Assembly (NCBI GenBank): GCA_965648905.1
Contig: CBFGIT010000006.1
Span: 32,001 to 96,000, forward strand
DNA from: a candidate division WOR-3 bacterium
Lineage (GTDB): Bacteria; Hydrothermota; Tepidihabitantia; Tepidihabitantales; Tepidihabitantaceae
Direction: 5' to 3'
Length of the DNA stretch: 64,000 bases
Shown one piece after another: positions 56,652 to 64,000 of this stretch (its first letter is position 1; every line of letters starts with the position of its first letter). The translations under genes were made by a program, and so were the position numbers. The notes beneath the pieces were generated by a model, which saw only the letters and a program-made list of their open reading frames with translations, was not told where the DNA came from and did no database searches.

Positions 56652-56966
56652 CTAGACCTGAGCCGGCACCGACTCCGGCTCAGGTACCGGCTCGGCCTCG
56701 ACCGTGGTCTCGGGCGCTGGCTCGGCTGTGGACTGAATCGGCGCAGTCTGTGCCTTGGCGAGTGGGCCGGCCGCGTTCACCTGGGCCAAGGCTTCGCGGA
56801 TAAGCCGGATGCGGGATTCAACCGAGAGCCTCCGGTTGAGAATCAGACGCCACGAATCACGGAGGCGGCAGAGCCCGCCCTCGCTCTTCAGGTCGGCGTA
56901 GGCCAGTCTCACACCCAGTTCCTTGCAGGCCTGCTCCAGCGCATCAAGGGTCTTCTTTGTGCTCAT
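56652..56966 (-). CDS. Small hypothetical protein resembling an IrrE/ImmA N-terminal region without HExxH
   Basis: LGVRL..GGLCRL..LILNRRLS..RIRLI pattern and Pro/Glu tail. ATGA overlap with the upstream gene. Confidence 0.65.
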   Translation of the reverse strand: MSTKKTLDALEQACKELGVRLAYADLKSEGGLCRLRDSWRLILNRRLSVESRIRLIREALAQVNAAGPLAKAQTAPIQSTAEPAPETTVEAEPVPEPESVPAQV

Positions 56967-57922
56967 AGCCAGTTCATCTCCTCATACCATCGAATTGTCT
57001 TGGACATGCCGGTCTTGAGGTCATACTCAGGCACGAAACCCAGCTCGGTTCGTGCCTTGTCCGAGCTTGCCACCCAGCACGGCTGGGTCAGCTCCCGGGC
57101 CTTGTCCGGGTTGAAAATCGAGCCGTTGCGGGCGGTCTTCTCACTCAGCCAGGCCGCAGCGTGCACGAACCAGCGGGGCAGCCTCACGGAGACGGGCCTG
57201 GAGCCGAAAGCTGAGCCCAGGATTCCGGCCATGTCGTTGAACGTGTAACACTGGCCGTCGGTGACATAGTAGACCGTGCCTGAAGGTACGTCGCGTTCAG
57301 CCGCCAGTGCCGCAGCCCGGACTGCATCGCTGACATAGACGGCGGAGAAGCTGCCGCCGAACACTGGCACCAGGCCACGTTTGGCCCAGCGCAGGAGTGC
57401 AACCAGGTCCTGGTCGCGTGGGCCATAGACCGCAGGTAGCCGGAGAATGACCGACCGGAGCTGATTGCATAGGTCTTGAAGCACCGCTTCGGCTGCCAGC
57501 TTGCCCCGGCCATAGCGGCTGACCGGCTCGGGTGGTTGAGCTTCGCAGCGCGGCTCTTCAGGACTCGGAGCCGGACCACCTGCAGCCGCGCTTGAGAAAA
57601 GGACAAACCGCCGCACCCGCGCGTCGATGCACGCCTGAGCCAGGAGTCTGGTGCCGGTGCAGTTGACCTGCTCAAAGTCACGTGCGTCGCGCACGCTTGC
57701 CCCGAGGTGGAAAACGACCTCAATGCCGTCTGCGGCCCGGTGCAGCGACTCGGAATCGCGCAGGTCGCCGTAGACAAGCTCCACTTGGGACGAGATGTGA
57801 GTCAGCCAGCGCAGGTTGCTGGTCCGGCGCACCATCCCGCACACCGAATGGCCGAGTTCGAGCAGATGCTCGCATAGATGCGAGCCGATGAAACCGTTGG
57901 CCCCGGTGACGAGCGTCTTCAT
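56963..57922 (-). CDS. NAD-dependent epimerase/dehydratase (extended SDR)
   Basis: VTGANGFIG, SS, YGRGK and VYGPRD motifs. Confidence 0.92.
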   Translation of the reverse strand: MKTLVTGANGFIGSHLCEHLLELGHSVCGMVRRTSNLRWLTHISSQVELVYGDLRDSESLHRAADGIEVVFHLGASVRDARDFEQVNCTGTRLLAQACIDARVRRFVLFSSAAAGGPAPSPEEPRCEAQPPEPVSRYGRGKLAAEAVLQDLCNQLRSVILRLPAVYGPRDQDLVALLRWAKRGLVPVFGGSFSAVYVSDAVRAAALAAERDVPSGTVYYVTDGQCYTFNDMAGILGSAFGSRPVSVRLPRWFVHAAAWLSEKTARNGSIFNPDKARELTQPCWVASSDKARTELGFVPEYDLKTGMSKTIRWYEEMNWL

Positions 57923-57925
57923 GCT

Positions 57926-58801
57926 CTACCCGTGCCGGCCGGTCTTCACGTTCCTGCCGGGCCGGGACAGCTTCGGCGCAATCTCGCGTTCGTAGTACTC
58001 AAGGCACTGCAGCGCTGCTTCCCTGGGCCGGACCTCGAACACAACCAGCGCACTCGTCCGGGCCAGCAGCCGGAAGAACGGAAGGAAGTCGACGTTGCCT
58101 CGCCCCAAGACCTGATGCTCGTCGCGCTGCCCGGAATTGTCGTGGACGTGACTGTGGAAGATGAGTGCTTGATGCTTCCTGAAGAACTCAAGCTCCCGGG
58201 CCCGGGGCGCTGGCGCAAGCGTGTTGATATGGCCGATGTCAAGACACAATCCCAGGCTGCCGCCGAGAACCTGGTCGAGCACCCGGAACGTCAAGTCATA
58301 GCGGAACCCGCCGACGTTCTCGACGCACAGGCGCGTGGTCCTGCCCGCGTGCTCTTTCAGCTCCAGCAGAAGCTCGGTCAGCATGGAACGATAGTAGTCC
58401 GGGTACTGCTGATGCGTGAACCCGGTTCCGGTTGAAGTGCCGTAGTTCATGTCGTGGCCCAGGTGCATCACGACAGTGGCGATTTCGGTGTCTGCGGCCC
58501 GATCGAGCAGACGCTTCAACTCGGCCACGCCGCACCGCCGGACGCGTTCGTTCGTGACAAAGAACGACGGCCCTTCCCAGGCGTGAAGGGCCAGGGTCAC
58601 ATTGTGCCGCCGGCAGGTGGTGCGGATTCTGGCCCGTTCGCGGGCACGGGCCAACTGCTGAAGGAAATGGACGTTGCCCAGGTTCAGCTCCAGCACTGCC
58701 AGCCGGCGGCCAGCGGCGAAAGCGACCGCTTCGGTTGCGTCGGTGAAATCGAACAGGACCTGTACGCCGAGGCGCGGCCGCAGCAGCTCAGCCAGATGCA
58801 C
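57926..58801 (-). CDS. Sugar phosphate isomerase/epimerase (xylose isomerase-like TIM barrel)
   Basis: LH, MHLG, VEN, LDIGH, HVHDNSGQRDEH and VFE motifs. Start moved to GTG 58801. Confidence 0.88.
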   Translation of the reverse strand: MHLAELLRPRLGVQVLFDFTDATEAVAFAAGRRLAVLELNLGNVHFLQQLARARERARIRTTCRRHNVTLALHAWEGPSFFVTNERVRRCGVAELKRLLDRAADTEIATVVMHLGHDMNYGTSTGTGFTHQQYPDYYRSMLTELLLELKEHAGRTTRLCVENVGGFRYDLTFRVLDQVLGGSLGLCLDIGHINTLAPAPRARELEFFRKHQALIFHSHVHDNSGQRDEHQVLGRGNVDFLPFFRLLARTSALVVFEVRPREAALQCLEYYEREIAPKLSRPGRNVKTGRHG

Positions 58802-58807
58802 GTGCCG

Positions 58808-58836
58808 ATTATACGTCGTGGCCCGGGGCAAGTCAA
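58808..58836 (-). promoter_or_regulatory. Near-consensus sigma70 promoter, leaderless
   Basis: Minus strand TTGACT-N17-TATAAT, 6 nt before GTG 58801. Confidence 0.7.
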
Positions 58837-59056
58837 AGCACGAGACGCGCCGGGCGTTTCCTCGTGTGTCGGACCGCGCGGCAAGCTCGGCCCCACGGCT
58901 CAACCTCGGGCAACACTCACCGCCGACACTGTCGGCCCTGCACGCTCTGGCGCGCGTTCTGCGGCACGAAGCAACGACAACACGAGTGAGCAGATGGGCT
59001 CGTCCCCGATCAATCCGCGAGTAGCACAGCGGCGCGGTTTGCTGTATGCTACAGGT

Positions 59057-60448
59057 GTGAAGACCGTTGCTGTCGTCGGCGCCGGGCTGGCCGGGTGCGA
59101 GGCAGCACTACAGTGCGCTCGCCGCGGCGTGCCGGTGCAACTGTTCGAGATGCGGCCCGGTCGAATGACCGAGGCGCACCGAACCGGAGACCCAGCCGAG
59201 TTGGTCTGCTCCAACTCGCTCAAGTCCTTGGAACCCACGAACGCACACGGCCTGCTCAAGGCCGAGCTGCGTATCTATGGTTCGGTGCTGCTCGAGTGTG
59301 CTGAGCGGGCACGCATACCGGGCGGCAAGGCGCTGGTTGTCGACCGGAAGCGATTCTCGGCCGAGGTACTCGACGAACTGAGTCGCGCCGGCGTGCCGGT
59401 CGAGCAGGATGAGGTTACCGGGCCTGGGTCTGGGTCCGGCCCAACCGTTGTTGCCACCGGCCCGCTGACGTCCGGGCCGATGGCCGATGCGCTGCAACGC
59501 CTGCTTGGAGCTGAGCGCCTCTTCTTCTACGACGCGATTGCGCCGATGCTGGAGGAAGAGTCGCTGGACCGAAGCACCGTGTTCGAGGGCTCGCGCTACG
59601 GTGCAGGAGCTGATTACCTGAACTGCCCGATGACTGAGACCGAGTACGACCGGTTCGTGGCCGCGCTGCTTGAAGCAGAGCTGCATCCGCTGCACGAGTT
59701 CGAGACCGCGCCTTTCTTCGAGGGTTGTCTGCCGGTCGAGGAGATTGCGCGCCGTGGTCGGCTGGCGCTGGCGTTCGGGCCGATGAAGCCGGTCGGGATT
59801 CTCGACCCGCGCACCGGCCGGCGGCCGTTTGCGGTCGTGCAACTGCGGCGCGAGAATGCGACCGGAACGATGTACAACATGGTCGGTTTCCAGACCCGGC
59901 TCAGACACGCCGAGCAGGAGCGCGTGTTCCGGCTGATTCCCGGGCTGGAGCACGCACGGTTCCTGCGCTACGGCAGCATTCATCGGAATACGTATCTTGA
60001 CGGCCCGCGGGTACTGGACCCGACCCTGCAGACGCGAGCCCGGCCTGACCTGCTTGTTGCCGGGCAGTTGACCGGCGTTGAGGGTTACGTTGAGTCGATT
60101 GGTGCCGGGCTGGTGGCGGGCGTGAACGCAGCGCGTCTGGCATTGGGGCAATCGCCGTTGACCTGGCCGACCACGACGATGCTCGGCAGTCTGCTGGCAT
60201 ACGTCGCAGGCTTGACGGGTCGAGGGGCTGTCGCCGCTGGCCCTCGATTTCAGCCGATGAACGCGAACTTCGGCCTGCTGCCGCCTGCGGCCGCGCCGCA
60301 CCGAGGCTGGCGCCGCCGACAGATACTGTCTGAGTCAGCATTGACCGTGGCCCGGGAATTCGGCAGAATGGCAGGTTCTGAGCCGATTGCAGGCCGGTCA
60401 CTTTGCCGCAACGGAAATGGAGGAAGTCGTGATGAAACCGCTGCCTGA
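59057..60448 (+). CDS. trmFO: tRNA (uracil-54) methyltransferase TrmFO
   Basis: VVGAGLAGCEAA, AELVCSNS, ATGPLTS, FFEGCLPVE, FGPMKPVG, GVEGYVES and FQPMNANFG motifs. Start GTG 59057. Confidence 0.95.
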   Translation: MKTVAVVGAGLAGCEAALQCARRGVPVQLFEMRPGRMTEAHRTGDPAELVCSNSLKSLEPTNAHGLLKAELRIYGSVLLECAERARIPGGKALVVDRKRFSAEVLDELSRAGVPVEQDEVTGPGSGSGPTVVATGPLTSGPMADALQRLLGAERLFFYDAIAPMLEEESLDRSTVFEGSRYGAGADYLNCPMTETEYDRFVAALLEAELHPLHEFETAPFFEGCLPVEEIARRGRLALAFGPMKPVGILDPRTGRRPFAVVQLRRENATGTMYNMVGFQTRLRHAEQERVFRLIPGLEHARFLRYGSIHRNTYLDGPRVLDPTLQTRARPDLLVAGQLTGVEGYVESIGAGLVAGVNAARLALGQSPLTWPTTTMLGSLLAYVAGLTGRGAVAAGPRFQPMNANFGLLPPAAAPHRGWRRRQILSESALTVAREFGRMAGSEPIAGRSLCRNGNGGSRDETAA

Positions 60449-62120
60449 GAAGACAACCGAGATGATGGACTGGGCCTGGACTGATTTTGGGCCTCACTAT
60501 GCCGAGCTTGCCGGCCGCGAGTTGACCGCGGCCACGGCTGAGCAGTTCCTGTCGGACTGGACCCGGCTGCACGACCGGGGCGAGGAAGTCGGCTCGCGCC
60601 TGTCAGTTGCCAAGGATGCCAACACCGCGGACAAGGATGCTGAAGCGAGGTTCAATCGCTTCATCGAAGAAGTCTACCCGAAGATGCAGGAGGCCGAACA
60701 GCAGCTCAAGGACAAGCTGCTCAGAAGCGGCACCAGGCCGGCCGGTTTCGAGCTGCCCCTGCGCAAGATGCAGACCGAGGCTGCCATCTACCGCGAGAAG
60801 AATCTGCCCCTGCTGGTCGAGCAGCAGAAGTATAACACCGAGTACGGCAAGATTGTCGGCAGCCAGGCCGTCGAGTGGGAAGGCAAGGAAGTTACGGTCA
60901 CTCAACTGCGGCCCGTGCTCTTTGAGCCCGACCGGGCCCGGCGTGAGGCGGCATGGCGGCTTTCGTCCCAGCGCCAGCTTGCCGACCGGGACGGAATCAA
61001 CCAGCTCTGGCAGAAGTATCTGAAGCTGAGGCTTGAACTGGCCGCCAATGCCGGATTTCGTGACTACCGCTCGTTTCGCTGGCAGGAGATGCTGCGGTTT
61101 GACTATTCTCCAGAGAACTGCCGCGAGTTTCACCAGGCGATTCTCGAGGCCGTGGTTCCGGCCGCAGGCCGAATCTACGAGCGGCGCAGGAAGCGACTGG
61201 GCGTGGACCGGCTGAGGCCATGGGACCTTGACGTTGACCCGATGGGCCGACCGGGGCTCTCACCGTTCCGGACTCAGGGCGAGTTTCGTTCCGGAGTCCA
61301 TTCGATGCTTGCCCGCGTGGACGCAGAAATCGGCAGTCAGTTCCGAACCATGATGGATGAAGGTCTGCTTGACCTGGATAATCGAAAGAACAAGGCACCG
61401 GGCGGATACTGCACTTCTTTCGATGCAGTTGGCAGGCCGTTCATCTTCATGAATGCGGTTGGTTTGCACGGCGACGTGATGACCCTAATACACGAAGCCG
61501 GCCATGCGGTACACAGTTTCGCGGCTCACCGGCTTCCCTGGTTCCAACAGCGGCAGGTCGGTATGGAGTTCGCTGAGGTCGCGTCCATGGGTATGGAGCT
61601 CCTGGCCTCGCCCTTCCTCGCCCGGGACCAGGGCGGGTTCTACTCGAAGGACGATGCCGAGCGTGCCTTCCGCGATACGCTTGAGCGGAATGTCCAGTTT
61701 TGGCCGTACATGGCGGTGGTCGACGCGTTCCAGCACTGGGTGTACGAGAACCCGACTGATGCCATGAACCCGGACAACTGCGACCGACAGTGGTTTGGGC
61801 TCTGGGAGCGGTTCATGCCGGGCGTGGACTGGACCGGGCTCGAAGCCGAGTGCGCGACCGGCTGGCACAGGAAGCTGCACATTCACATGGTTCCGTTCTA
61901 CTACGTGGAGTACGGTCTGGCTCAACTGGGGGCTTGCCAAGTCTGGGCCAATTCACTGAACGATTATGCCGGCGCGGTACAGGCGTACAAGCGCGGTCTG
62001 GCTCTGGGAGGTACCAGGTCTCTGCCCGAGCTGTATTCGGCCGCCGGGGCGCGATTTGCATTCGACGCGGCCTCGCTCGGCTCGGTCGTCGGCCTGATGT
62101 ATCAGAAGCTCGAAGACTGA
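60432..62120 (+). CDS. pepF: M3B oligoendopeptidase F-like
   Basis: LRPWD, KAPGGYC, HEAGH, EVASM and HIHMVPFYYVEY motifs. Confidence 0.9.
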   Translation: MKPLPEKTTEMMDWAWTDFGPHYAELAGRELTAATAEQFLSDWTRLHDRGEEVGSRLSVAKDANTADKDAEARFNRFIEEVYPKMQEAEQQLKDKLLRSGTRPAGFELPLRKMQTEAAIYREKNLPLLVEQQKYNTEYGKIVGSQAVEWEGKEVTVTQLRPVLFEPDRARREAAWRLSSQRQLADRDGINQLWQKYLKLRLELAANAGFRDYRSFRWQEMLRFDYSPENCREFHQAILEAVVPAAGRIYERRRKRLGVDRLRPWDLDVDPMGRPGLSPFRTQGEFRSGVHSMLARVDAEIGSQFRTMMDEGLLDLDNRKNKAPGGYCTSFDAVGRPFIFMNAVGLHGDVMTLIHEAGHAVHSFAAHRLPWFQQRQVGMEFAEVASMGMELLASPFLARDQGGFYSKDDAERAFRDTLERNVQFWPYMAVVDAFQHWVYENPTDAMNPDNCDRQWFGLWERFMPGVDWTGLEAECATGWHRKLHIHMVPFYYVEYGLAQLGACQVWANSLNDYAGAVQAYKRGLALGGTRSLPELYSAAGARFAFDAASLGSVVGLMYQKLED

Positions 62121-62143
62121 AGGACCCAGACCGGACAAGATGA

Positions 62144-62172
62144 GCAGCGGGAGAGGAATCCTCTCCCGCTGC
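62144..62172. terminator. Hairpin between convergent genes
   Basis: GCAGCGGGAGAGG-AAT-CCTCTCCCGCTGC. Confidence 0.75.
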
Positions 62173-62189
62173 AATGGTGTTCGGGCTGA

Positions 62190-63035
62190 CTAGTCGGCGG
62201 GCTTGACGGTGTAGGGCAGAAGCCAGCCGTTGAAGTCGTAGGGTTGGTCCGGGGTCGAGAGCGTGGTCGAGGTCATCAGGTCGAAGATGGCGAACTTGAA
62301 GCCGGAAATGAGCTGAGCCCGCCAGGTTCCCTGGAAGATGCCGTTGCCCTGATAGGTGAACTCGGGTCGGACGTAGAACGGCCAGACCAGGATGAAGGTG
62401 TGCAGGAACGCACGGCCACTCGTAGCGTCGGTGTACAAGGTTACAGTCAGGCTTTCGGCCGGAGTGAACGATATGAGGCTGTCGAGTCGGAAGAAGCTGG
62501 CGAGCGGGTCCCGCAGTACGATGTTTCTCAGCGCACTCGCGATGCGAACGCTATCAATCGAAACCGTCTGAGCCGAGTCAGACCGGCCGGTGGCCAGCGA
62601 AATCCGTTTCAGCTTCCAGCCGCGGTCGGTGTCCGAGACCTGGCCGTCGCGTCGGAAGATGGCACAGAGCTTGACCGTTTCGACCACGTCTTTGACCCAG
62701 CGGACGGCGGTCGACTCTGATGTCCGCGCCCAGATGAACAGGTCGCCGTAATTGTGCTGGGACCATTCGACCCAGCCTGAGTCACCAACTACTTCGACCT
62801 TGAGACCGGGTGCGGTGTCGTGGGTCTGAGCGCCGCGCCACCAGAACACCACGGTTGTGTCGTCGAGCAGGTTGCCGGTTGAGTCGCCGTTCGTGCCAGC
62901 CGGGAAATGAGTTGTGTCGGACCGTACCAGGGTCTCAAGCGCGGCCTTGTCCTTGGCCACGTCCTGCTTCTTACAGGCAAGACTCACTACGAGCGTTGCT
63001 GCAACGAGCAGGGTCAGGATCATGGTTCTGTTCAT
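62190..63035 (-). CDS. Uncharacterised lipoprotein
   Basis: MNRTMILTLLVAATLVVSLAC lipobox and AAGGA RBS. No family recognised. Confidence 0.75.
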   Translation of the reverse strand: MNRTMILTLLVAATLVVSLACKKQDVAKDKAALETLVRSDTTHFPAGTNGDSTGNLLDDTTVVFWWRGAQTHDTAPGLKVEVVGDSGWVEWSQHNYGDLFIWARTSESTAVRWVKDVVETVKLCAIFRRDGQVSDTDRGWKLKRISLATGRSDSAQTVSIDSVRIASALRNIVLRDPLASFFRLDSLISFTPAESLTVTLYTDATSGRAFLHTFILVWPFYVRPEFTYQGNGIFQGTWRAQLISGFKFAIFDLMTSTTLSTPDQPYDFNGWLLPYTVKPAD

Positions 63036-63085
63036 CGAACGTTCCTTTCTGGTTGCATTGGAATGTTGTCTGTACGGGTTGTGCT

Positions 63086-64000
63086 TCATCGGCTCAGAAC
63101 TACTTTGCCAGTTGCGCAGCCCCGGCTGGTTTCCAGCCGCACGAAGTACGTGCCCGCCTGCACCGACCGGACATCCAAGGCGAATGATGCGTCTGCCCCG
63201 AGTTCTGACCGCATGAGCACGCGACCGAGCGCATCACAGAGCAGAAGAGTGCTGCCTGGTGTTGCACTGCCCCTGAGCCATCCTCGAACCGGAGTCGGCA
63301 CAAGGAGCGTCGGCGGCTGCAGTAGTGTCGGTGACCCGGTTTCCATGTTGACGGTCGTGTCGCCGATGGCGAACGGCCGCGGTGTCACGGACGAGCGTGC
63401 TCCCTGGGGGCCGGTGACGGTGTAGCGCAGGAAGCAGTCAGGCGAGGTTGTGCCGGTGGGCACAGTCCACTGATACCGGCCGTTGTTGCGCAGGCTGTCG
63501 ACGACCAGTTGCCAGGGGCCGCCTGCGCCCTGGGTCGAGAGTTCCAGCCGCACGCGGGTTGACTCCGCGTCTGGCGCCGAACTCCACCAGTCGACGAACT
63601 GAACCGAGCCATTCTTGAACTTCTCGCCGCCGCGCGGGAAGACTGGGAAGACGCCTAGGCTCTCAGCCGGGCTTGCCTCGCGGAATGCGTGTGGATAGTT
63701 CCGGTCATTGGGCCAGTTCCCCTCGCGCGTCACCAGTGCCATGTCAGGCAGGCCATTGTGGTCGATGTCGGCACCGACGCGAAAGGCCGAGTATGTACTG
63801 GGTCGGTTGAGCGGGAACTCGGCCGCCTGAGTCCAATTGCCGCTGCCGTCACCGGTCCAGATGCGCACCAGTCCACGCCTCAGCCCGCACAGGTCCACAA
63901 ACCCGTCCGCGTTCATGTCACAGAGTTGAGTCGCATAGAAGCTGTCAACCGCTGGCAGGTTGCCCGAGCGGCTCTGCCAGCGGCGGCTGGATTCGTCCCA
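63086..64000 (-). CDS. 3' part of a secreted FG-GAP/VCBS-repeat protein with T9SS-like CTD
   Basis: DMNADGFVD and DIDHNGLPD repeats, FPRGGE..W Ig-like domain, CDALGR..GTYFVRL..KVVLSR. The frame continues off the window. Confidence 0.78.
   Translation of the reverse strand, partial: WDESSRRWQSRSGNLPAVDSFYATQLCDMNADGFVDLCGLRRGLVRIWTGDGSGNWTQAAEFPLNRPSTYSAFRVGADIDHNGLPDMALVTREGNWPNDRNYPHAFREASPAESLGVFPVFPRGGEKFKNGSVQFVDWWSSAPDAESTRVRLELSTQGAGGPWQLVVDSLRNNGRYQWTVPTGTTSPDCFLRYTVTGPQGARSSVTPRPFAIGDTTVNMETGSPTLLQPPTLLVPTPVRGWLRGSATPGSTLLLCDALGRVLMRSELGADASFALDVRSVQAGTYFVRLETSRGCATGKVVLSR

Overview
GC-rich chromosomal segment from an anaerobic, probably peptide-fermenting diderm bacterium. The gene content and the style of the secreted proteins resemble candidate division WOR-3 or FCB-related lineages; this is inference, not a search result. 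Housekeeping content: a triple PpiC/SurA operon, metG-tatD-rsmA, ispE-tRNA-Gln-prs-rplY-pth-ychF-rpsF-ssb, glmM-glmS and trmFO-pepF. Several large secreted proteases (S8, M14, two C25, M23-like) carry T9SS-like C-terminal domains. There is also an EtfA/ferredoxin/soluble Frd-like/ACAD-like redox cluster and a HK + NtrC-type regulator upstream of a sigma54 promoter, a double-Cys4 protein and two glutamate dehydrogenases. Signals not explained by the ORF track: (1) two homologous ~80-nt covarying hairpins in inverted orientation around yjbQ; (2) a collapsed type I R-M operon in which only a repeat-laden four-helix-bundle gene survives; (3) many sigma70-like promoters with 16-nt spacers, often placed to give leaderless mRNAs; (4) a Cys-to-Ser gingipain paralogue; (5) 7-mer and 8-mer DNA repeats at equivalent loops of two protease CTDs. 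Many start codons were moved from the ORF track by eye using RBS or promoter context, and all family assignments rest on motif recognition.
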